From positions 1,888,001-1,952,000 of the forward strand of contig CBDCFN010000016.1 in NCBI GenBank assembly GCA_965216315.1: DNA of 64,000 bases, given 5' to 3'. The notes beneath the pieces are model-generated. The model was not told the origin of the DNA. It saw only the letters and a program-made list of their open reading frames with translations, and did no database searches. The DNA comes from a bacterium. Its GTDB lineage: Bacteria; UBA10199; 2-02-FULL-50-16; JAJFLM01. Made by a program: the position numbers and the translations under genes. This document shows, in pieces, positions 57,164-64,000 of the stretch (its first letter is position 1; each line of letters starts with the position of its first letter).

Positions 57164-58542
57164 TGATTGAATTAGAAGGTAAAAAAATCGCAATTATTGG
57201 GGCCGGCCGAACCGGCCTGGCAGCCGCGCGCTTCTGTCATTCGCGCGGGGCTCAGGCTGTTGTCAACGATCTGCGAACCCGCGAGCAACTCGCAGGCGAA
57301 CTCGACGCTTTTACAGCGGTTAATGCCGAACTTAGGCTCGGCAATCATGAACGCGATGTGATCGCCGATTGTGATGCGGCAATCGTTTCCCCAGGCGTCT
57401 CCCCCGACCTCGAACCTTTACGTGCCTTTAAAGAACGTGGTCTTCCTGTCTTCGGAGAACTAGAACTTGCTTCCCGCTTTGCCACCGCCCCTATCATCGC
57501 CGTTACCGGCACCAATGGGAAATCAACAACCGTAACGCTTATTCACGACATGATGCTCGCCAGCGAAAAGAAGTCAGCGCTGGGTGGCAATATTGGAACT
57601 CCATTTTTGGAACTTGTTGACCGGGATACGGACTACGATGTTTTTGTGCTTGAGGTCAGTAGCTACCAGTTAGAAACAATTGAAAAATTTCATCCTCATA
57701 TTGCGGTCCTCTTAAACATTTCTCCGGATCATTTAAGCCGGCATCAGAATATTGCTGCCTATGCGACAGCCAAAGGCCGTATCTTTATCAATCAAAGCGC
57801 TGAGGATTGGTGTGTTTATAACGCTGACGACGCTCATGTTGAATCCGTGATTGCCGGCGTTCATTCCAGAAAACTCCCCTTTAGTCTGCGTCGCCCTATT
57901 TCGCCGGGATTATTTCGTCAGCGAAATCAAATCATCTGGTTTCATGAAGGACATCAGGAAAGTTATGATATCTCTCAATACGCGCTCGCGGGTGATCATC
58001 AAATTGAAAATGCCATGGCCGCGGTCGCTGCCGCTAAATTGAGTGGAGCCACTCTCGGTGGCATCCAGGAAACACTCGACTCTTTTCGAGGTCTTCCACA
58101 TCGTTTTGAATTTATCGCATCCATTCGAGGCGTAAATTTCATTAATGATTCCAAGGCAACCAATGTCGGCGCCGCTGTCCGCGCTATTCAGGGTGTCCCG
58201 GAAGGTCATCTCATCCTCCTTGCCGGCGGTGAAGACAAAGGCAGTTCTTACGAGCCTCTCCGGCAAGCACTCGTTGCGCAGCGCGCCAAGGCCGTCTGTG
58301 TCTACGGCGAAGCCGCCGGAGCGTTGCAAGAAGCCCTGAGTGAATCACTGCCAACTTTCCGGCAAACAACTATGGAAGAGGCCTTTACGCAGGCGCTTTC
58401 CCAAGCCGACGACGGTGATTTCATCGTCCTTGCACCGGCCTGTGCAAGCTTTGATCAGTTCAGCAACTTCGAACACCGCGGCGAAAGTTTTCGACAGCTC
58501 GTCATTCGGCAGGGACCCGCAGAAACGGAGGCCAGCGCATGA
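57163..58542 (+). CDS. murD: UDP-MurNAc-L-Ala:D-Glu ligase
   Basis: GTNGKST, EVSSYQL, NDSKATN and APACASFDQF motifs; TAATG overlap start. Confidence 0.96.
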   Translation: MIELEGKKIAIIGAGRTGLAAARFCHSRGAQAVVNDLRTREQLAGELDAFTAVNAELRLGNHERDVIADCDAAIVSPGVSPDLEPLRAFKERGLPVFGELELASRFATAPIIAVTGTNGKSTTVTLIHDMMLASEKKSALGGNIGTPFLELVDRDTDYDVFVLEVSSYQLETIEKFHPHIAVLLNISPDHLSRHQNIAAYATAKGRIFINQSAEDWCVYNADDAHVESVIAGVHSRKLPFSLRRPISPGLFRQRNQIIWFHEGHQESYDISQYALAGDHQIENAMAAVAAAKLSGATLGGIQETLDSFRGLPHRFEFIASIRGVNFINDSKATNVGAAVRAIQGVPEGHLILLAGGEDKGSSYEPLRQALVAQRAKAVCVYGEAAGALQEALSESLPTFRQTTMEEAFTQALSQADDGDFIVLAPACASFDQFSNFEHRGESFRQLVIRQGPAETEASA

Positions 58543-59660
58543 ATCGACGCCATATCGATTACACCTTATTACTGACGACCCTTCTTCTCGTCGCTATCGG
58601 TATCACGATGGTTTATTCATCATCCGCTATTCTCGCACGCGAGCGTTATGACGATACTTATTACTTTTTAAAGAGGCAGCTGTTCAGCCTTAGTATCGGA
58701 TTTGGAGCTCTGTTTGCAGGCCGAAGCATTCCCCTCACCTTTTATCGACGCTTTGCTTACCCGATTCTTATCAGTGCGGTAATTTTTCTCGCTTTGGTTC
58801 AAATCCCGGGTCTTGGAGTCACTGCCGGCGGGGCCACCCGGTGGATCAGCATCGGCAGCTTCAGTTTTCAACCATCCGAATATGCCAAGATCGCACTCGT
58901 CATTTTCATGGCGTACATGCTCGATAAAAAGGAAAATCGCCTCAAGCACTTTGGGTTCGGCTTTCTTCCCCCCATGCTCATATCACTCGTGCTTATTTTT
59001 CTCGTCTTACTCGGCAAAGACCTTGGCAATGCCGTTTTAATGGCAAGTTCCGTAATCGCCATGATGTTTGTTGCCGGAGCCCGTTTCAGTTATCTGGTTG
59101 CGCTTTTACTGTTGGCCCTGCCTGCATTCTACAAACTCATTGCTTCGGTTTCTTATCGACGCCAGCGTATTTTAGCATTCCTCGACCCTTGGCAGCACCG
59201 TACAGAAGCAGGTTTTCAGATCATCCAAAGTTATTTAGCATTTCAAGCCGGTGGCATCTTGGGCGCGGGCCTGGGTCAAGGTCGGCAAAAACTTTTTTAT
59301 CTTCCTGAAGCTCACACGGACTTCATATTTTCCGTGCTCGGTGAGGAACTCGGACTGTGGGGCGTCCTCCTCGTCCTGCTTCTCTTTGGTTTCTGGATCT
59401 CACGAGCTCTCATGATATCATGGCGCGCCCAAGACAACTTCAGCCGTTATCTTGCCCTAGGCATCGGCCTTATCATTGGTTTTTTAGCAGTCCTTAATAT
59501 GGCTGTCGTGATGGGATTATTACCCACAAAGGGCATTCCTCTTCCCTTTATCAGCTATGGCGGCACATCACTGATCATTAACTTGTTTGCAGTCGGCATA
59601 TTGCTCAATATTTCCCGGCGCAGTGTCGAAGCCGAAGATGCGGAGGCGCCATGCACGTAA
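58539..59660 (+). CDS. ftsW: SEDS peptidoglycan polymerase FtsW
   Basis: GATRW, QPSE, LPEAHTDFIF and PFISYGG motifs. Confidence 0.96.
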   Translation: MNRRHIDYTLLLTTLLLVAIGITMVYSSSAILARERYDDTYYFLKRQLFSLSIGFGALFAGRSIPLTFYRRFAYPILISAVIFLALVQIPGLGVTAGGATRWISIGSFSFQPSEYAKIALVIFMAYMLDKKENRLKHFGFGFLPPMLISLVLIFLVLLGKDLGNAVLMASSVIAMMFVAGARFSYLVALLLLALPAFYKLIASVSYRRQRILAFLDPWQHRTEAGFQIIQSYLAFQAGGILGAGLGQGRQKLFYLPEAHTDFIFSVLGEELGLWGVLLVLLLFGFWISRALMISWRAQDNFSRYLALGIGLIIGFLAVLNMAVVMGLLPTKGIPLPFISYGGTSLIINLFAVGILLNISRRSVEAEDAEAPCT

Positions 59661-60736
59661 TTCTTGCAGCCGGCGGCACCGGAGGACATCTCTTTCCCGC
59701 TCTTGCCCTTGGCCAGGCTTTCCAGCAATTCAACCACCGCGTTACCTATGTAGGCAGTGGTCGCCCGATGGATCTCCATGTCGAGAAACTCAGCGGCATG
59801 CCGTGGAGACACCTCAAAGCGGGACGGCTCAAGGGTATGGGTTGGCTCGCCAAACTCAAGAGCCTCTTTGCCATGCCGATGGCGCTGATGCAGGCACTGA
59901 TTATTCTCATTCAAGAGAAGCCGGATCTTGTTTTAGGACTTGGGGGCTATAGTACGGGGCCTATGGTTCTGGTGGCACGTATCGTTGGAATCTATACGGC
60001 TATACTGGAACAAAACCGTATCCCCGGCTTTACGAACCGCATCCTCATCTGGTTTGCCCACCGTGCTTTTATCGCATTCCCCTTAGTTCAATCGTATTGG
60101 AGCAACAAAAGTAAAGTCATCGTCACCGGCAACCCGGTACGAAACGAAATCATTCAACAGTTCCAGCAAACAGAGCGATCAACAGATCGTATGACCTTAC
60201 TCACCTTCGGCGGGAGTCAGGGAGCCCATTTTTTGAATCAGGTTATGCAAGAACTGCTACCACGCCTGCAATCCAAGGCGAAAGAGTTGGCTGTCATTCA
60301 TATTACAGGTGAAATCGAACATAAACAGATTCAAGCCGCTTATAATGATTATCCGGAACTCGCCGCCCAAGTCATTCCATTTTCAGATCAAATCGGTGCG
60401 CTCTATAAGCAGGCCGACCTTGTTCTAAGCCGTTCCGGAGCATCAACAATCACCGATCTCATAGAATTCGGGTGTCCTGCGGTTCTGGTTCCTTATCCGT
60501 TCGCAGCCGACGGGCACCAACATGCCAACGCACAATATCTCGTGGAGGCTGGAGCCGCCATAATGATTGATCAACAAGCCTTTAACGTGGACAACTTTTG
60601 GGATGACATCGAGCTTTGGCTCAAAGACCAAGGCCTATTAAGGGAAATGGGGGCCAAGGCCCGTGCCCTTGCACTACAGGAACCGCCGGCACAACGAATT
60701 ATAAGAGAATGTCAAAACCTAGTTGGGGTCAATTGA
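59651..60736 (+). CDS. murG: lipid II GlcNAc transferase
   Basis: GGTGGH, EQN, GNPVR, GGSQGA and RSGAST motifs. Confidence 0.96.
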   Translation: MHVILAAGGTGGHLFPALALGQAFQQFNHRVTYVGSGRPMDLHVEKLSGMPWRHLKAGRLKGMGWLAKLKSLFAMPMALMQALIILIQEKPDLVLGLGGYSTGPMVLVARIVGIYTAILEQNRIPGFTNRILIWFAHRAFIAFPLVQSYWSNKSKVIVTGNPVRNEIIQQFQQTERSTDRMTLLTFGGSQGAHFLNQVMQELLPRLQSKAKELAVIHITGEIEHKQIQAAYNDYPELAAQVIPFSDQIGALYKQADLVLSRSGASTITDLIEFGCPAVLVPYPFAADGHQHANAQYLVEAGAAIMIDQQAFNVDNFWDDIELWLKDQGLLREMGAKARALALQEPPAQRIIRECQNLVGVN

Positions 60737-60743
60737 GTAAGGT

Positions 60744-62114
60744 ATGTATAAAAATATTCAGCGCATACATTTCGTGGGAATCGGCGGTATCGGCATGAGC
60801 GGTATTGCAGAAATTCTCCTGAATCTCGGTTACGAAGTTTCAGGTTCGGATGTGCAACGCACGTTGGTAACACGACGCTTGAGTCGCTTAGGCGCTAAAG
60901 TCCGTTATGGCCACAAAGCGGAACATATCGGCAAGGCTCAAGTAGTTGTCACCAGCTCGGCGGTCAATAAAAGCAATCCCGAAGTCGCCGCAGCCTTGCG
61001 GTACGGTATTCCCGTCATCGCCAGGGCGGAGATGCTGGCGGAGCTCATGCGGCTTAAATATGGAATCGCCGTCGCCGGGACTCATGGGAAGACAACAACG
61101 ACTTCACTGATAGCCACGATATTGACAGAAGCAGCTTTTGATCCGACCATTATCATCGGTGGCCGAGTTCGGAGTCTTCGCTCCAATGCACGCTTAGGAC
61201 GTGGTGACTTTCTCGTGGCAGAAGCGGATGAATCCGACGGCAGTTTCTTACATCTCCATCCGACGATTGCAGTTGTCACCAACATCGACCCCGAACACCT
61301 TTCTCATTATAAAGACTATGAAGAGCTCAAACGCTCCTTCAATCGCTTTTGCGATGCCATCCCTTTTTATGGGGCCGCAATTTTTTGTGCCGACCATCCC
61401 GCTACTGCCAAGATCGCTGAAACATTCCAGCGTCGATATTGGACCTACGGTCTCGACAAGAAAGCGGACTTTATGGCCAAGAGTCTCCGCTTCGAAGGAC
61501 CGACCATGCACTTTACTGTGACTTTTCGGGGCAAGTCTCTCGGGCAACTCCAAGTTAGGCTGCCAGGGCGGCATAATGTTTCGAATGCACTCGCCGCCGT
61601 CGCCGTCGCGCATGAACTCGGTATCCCTTTTAAAAAGATTCGCAGCGCCTTGAAAAAATTCAAGGGCATTGGACGCCGGCTCGAAGTCCTCGCTGACAGT
61701 AAGGAATTGGTCGTGATCGACGATTACGCGCACCATCCGGTCGAACTGGAAGCAACTCTCAGTGCCCTTAAAAAAGGCTGGAAAGGCCGCCGTATCCGAG
61801 CTGTTTTTCAACCTCATCGCTATAGCCGGACCAAGGAATTATTTAAAGAATTTGCAGCGGCTTTCGGCGATTGTGATGAACTCATCGTATCCGATATCTA
61901 TGCGGCCAGTGAAGCACGCATCGTTGGTATTACGGGACGTCGTTTAGCCGAAAGCATCCGCAAACCTAAAAATGTGAAATACATGTCGGACTTTGACGAA
62001 ATTGCAAACTACTTATGGGAATCTCGGAATAAAAAAGATCTGATCGTCACCTTAGGTGCGGGCAATGTATGGAAAATAGCTAAGGAGATCGCAAAGCGGA
62101 GTAAACGAAACTAA
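60744..62114 (+). CDS. murC: UDP-MurNAc:L-Ala ligase
   Basis: GIGGIGMSG, EADESDGSF, DDYAHHP and FQPHRYSR motifs. Confidence 0.97.
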   Translation: MYKNIQRIHFVGIGGIGMSGIAEILLNLGYEVSGSDVQRTLVTRRLSRLGAKVRYGHKAEHIGKAQVVVTSSAVNKSNPEVAAALRYGIPVIARAEMLAELMRLKYGIAVAGTHGKTTTTSLIATILTEAAFDPTIIIGGRVRSLRSNARLGRGDFLVAEADESDGSFLHLHPTIAVVTNIDPEHLSHYKDYEELKRSFNRFCDAIPFYGAAIFCADHPATAKIAETFQRRYWTYGLDKKADFMAKSLRFEGPTMHFTVTFRGKSLGQLQVRLPGRHNVSNALAAVAVAHELGIPFKKIRSALKKFKGIGRRLEVLADSKELVVIDDYAHHPVELEATLSALKKGWKGRRIRAVFQPHRYSRTKELFKEFAAAFGDCDELIVSDIYAASEARIVGITGRRLAESIRKPKNVKYMSDFDEIANYLWESRNKKDLIVTLGAGNVWKIAKEIAKRSKRN

Positions 62115-62128
62115 TACGGAAATAAAAA

Positions 62129-63073
62129 ATGCTATCTGATGAAATAAAAGAAAAACTCAAAACGGCAGCCAGTAAGATTTTTTTCGACGAACCTATGTCT
62201 CAACATACGACGATTCGGGTCGGAGGTCCGGCAGACGCGCTCATCTACCCGGCTAACATAGAGGAACTCCAAAACCTCTTGAGCATAGTCATCGAGCACA
62301 AACTCCCCATCTTCCATCTTGGCTGGGGCAGCAATCTCGTGGTTCAGGACGGCGGCATTCGCGGTCTGGTCATCAGTTTGGAACGGGGCTTTCAGAAGCT
62401 TGAGATACCCGAACAGACTGAGGCCGATGACATCACGCTACTGGTTGAGGCCGGCGTCAAAATACCCGCCCTGCTCGACTTTTGTGCGGAAAAAAGCCTT
62501 ACGGGACTTGAGTTTATGGCAGGTATCCCCGCTACCGTCGGCGGGGCCCTCTGGATGAATGCCGGGACCAGCCAAGGGGAAATTGGCGACCGTGTGTCCA
62601 GCGTCACGATCATAACCAAACAGGGCCGACTCAAGACACTCGAACAAAAGGCCTGTGGTTTTGCTTATCGAACCAACAATTTCCCTTCCGGTGCAACCAT
62701 CGTTGAGACACGTCTTCAACTGAAACGCGGTCAATCAGAAAAGATTCGCGAAACAATCAATTCACACCGAAAGTATCGCGTTGATTCGCAACCGTTGAAT
62801 CTACCCAATGTCGGAAGCGTTTTTAAAAATCCCAGCAAGAAACAATATGCAGGTCAACTGATTGAAGAAGCTGGGCTCAAAGATGTTCGTGTCGGTCATG
62901 CCCGTGTATCCGAAAAACATGGCAACTTTATTGTCAACGAAGGCAATGCCACGGCGAAAGACATCATCGCATTGATCGGATTGATAAAAGATAAAGTTAA
63001 AGAAAAATGTAATGTTAGACTTGAAACTGAAGTGCATATTGTAGGAGAAAAGAGTTGTGAAAGTTTATCGTAA
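62129..63073 (+). CDS. murB: UDP-N-acetylenolpyruvoylglucosamine reductase
   Basis: GGPAD, GSNL, MNAG, GSVFKNP and HGNF motifs. Confidence 0.96.
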   Translation: MLSDEIKEKLKTAASKIFFDEPMSQHTTIRVGGPADALIYPANIEELQNLLSIVIEHKLPIFHLGWGSNLVVQDGGIRGLVISLERGFQKLEIPEQTEADDITLLVEAGVKIPALLDFCAEKSLTGLEFMAGIPATVGGALWMNAGTSQGEIGDRVSSVTIITKQGRLKTLEQKACGFAYRTNNFPSGATIVETRLQLKRGQSEKIRETINSHRKYRVDSQPLNLPNVGSVFKNPSKKQYAGQLIEEAGLKDVRVGHARVSEKHGNFIVNEGNATAKDIIALIGLIKDKVKEKCNVRLETEVHIVGEKSCESLS

Positions 63074-63077
63074 CGAC

Positions 63078-63105
63078 AACTTATCCACAGTTTTGTGGAT
63101 AAGTT
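63078..63105. promoter_or_regulatory. inverted pair of perfect DnaA boxes
   Basis: AACTTATCCACA-gttt-TGTGGATAAGTT: TTATCCACA at 63081-63089 and TGTGGATAA at 63094-63102. Confidence 0.7.
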
Positions 63106-63139
63106 TTGGCAACACATTCAAAGTGATTAAAGAGTAAGC

Positions 63140-64000
63140 ATGTTGAAGTCATATAAAAGTTCAAGGATCGCTGTACTGATGGGCGGCAAGTCCAGGGAAA
63201 GAGAAATTTCCTTCAAGAGTGGTGCCGCCATACTCGCCTCCTTGGAACGGCAAGGTTATTCAGCCTTCTCAATCGATGCGAGTGACGACCTTGCAGCTGA
63301 ATTACTCGAAACGAAACCCGATGCAGCCATCATTGCGCTGCATGGACGTTACGGTGAGGACGGAACGGTCCAGGGAATGCTCGAAATGATGGGAATTCCT
63401 TACAGTGGATCCGGTGTCCTGGCCTCCTCTATTTGTATGGATAAGGCGCTCACCAAGCAATTACTCACAGCGGAAGGAATTGAGGTCGCCCCGTCGTGCG
63501 AAGTCGGGGCTGTGGATAACTTAAAGGCTCAGTTCGCAGCTCACCCAGTCCCCTTCCCGCTGGTCGTCAAACCAAACCGTGAAGGCTCAACGATAGGCAT
63601 CTCCATCGTCACGACAGAAGATGCCTTGCAAGCAGCGGTTGCCAAGGCCCTCGAATTCGACAGCACGGTTCTGCTGGAACAATTCATCAAGGGAGTGGAG
63701 GTCACCGTTGGTCTCATCAATGGCAAGGTGCTCCCCGCCCTTGAGATTGTCCCGGAAAGCGGCTTTTACGATTACGATGCCAAATACACCAAAGGCAAAA
63801 CAGAGTACATCGTGCCGGCCCGGATCTCTGAACGAGTCGCAGAGCTCATCGCCCAACAAAGCCAGCTAATTTTCAGACGGCTCGACCTCTCTGGTGTGGC
63901 ACGTGCTGACTTTATTATCGACGAAAATGATCGCGCCGTTTTTTTAGAAGTAAACACGATACCGGGAATGACAGAGACATCACTCATTCCGAAGGCCGCC
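63140..64000 (+). CDS. ddl: D-alanine--D-alanine ligase (3' partial)
   Basis: Read manually: MLKSYKSSRIAVLMGG.SRERE, LHGRYGEDG, FYDYDAKY, LEVNTIPGMT; runs off the window. Confidence 0.95.
   Translation, partial: MLKSYKSSRIAVLMGGKSREREISFKSGAAILASLERQGYSAFSIDASDDLAAELLETKPDAAIIALHGRYGEDGTVQGMLEMMGIPYSGSGVLASSICMDKALTKQLLTAEGIEVAPSCEVGAVDNLKAQFAAHPVPFPLVVKPNREGSTIGISIVTTEDALQAAVAKALEFDSTVLLEQFIKGVEVTVGLINGKVLPALEIVPESGFYDYDAKYTKGKTEYIVPARISERVAELIAQQSQLIFRRLDLSGVARADFIIDENDRAVFLEVNTIPGMTETSLIPKAA

Noticed and set aside
63060..63140. Replication origin (oriC) or intrinsic terminator
   Set aside because: The gap is only about 66 bp with two boxes, no clear unwinding element and no dnaA/dnaN nearby; the stem is AT-rich with only a short T run, so a terminator is weakly supported.

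Overview
A gene-dense chromosomal window that looks deltaproteobacterial (Myxococcota/Bdellovibrionota-like; inferred from gene content only). Left to right: an ethylmalonyl-CoA-pathway-like cluster (Mch-like hydratase, Mcd-like acyl-CoA dehydrogenase, CitE-like lyase, epimerase) with malic enzyme; an eRF1-like release factor; SLT, PilZ and HExxH genes; queG flanked by a flavin reductase and a ferredoxin; tRNA-Ala(CGC) with a 52-bp 3' duplication enclosing a 199-bp repeat cassette; gdhA and nth; a long minus-strand envelope block (ldcA, serine hydrolase, mpl, tamB, Omp85, lgt, ileS, lspA, second lgt, CPBP protease); a V4R protein and an orphan histidine kinase; hisG abutting an 11-gene Mrp/Mnh antiporter operon; a Phd/nucleotidyltransferase pair; and the dcw cluster (mraZ to ddl, truncated). 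The strongest unexplained signal is a bipartite motif, (C)GCAAC(T)-N14-16-(G/T)CCGA(T/A)A, found eight times in intergenic DNA, each time pointing at an accessory gene. Several of those genes encode Ser/Ala-rich N-terminal leaders without a Sec signal, suggesting an alternative-sigma regulon of possibly exported proteins. No CRISPR array, rRNA, integrase or transposase was recognised.
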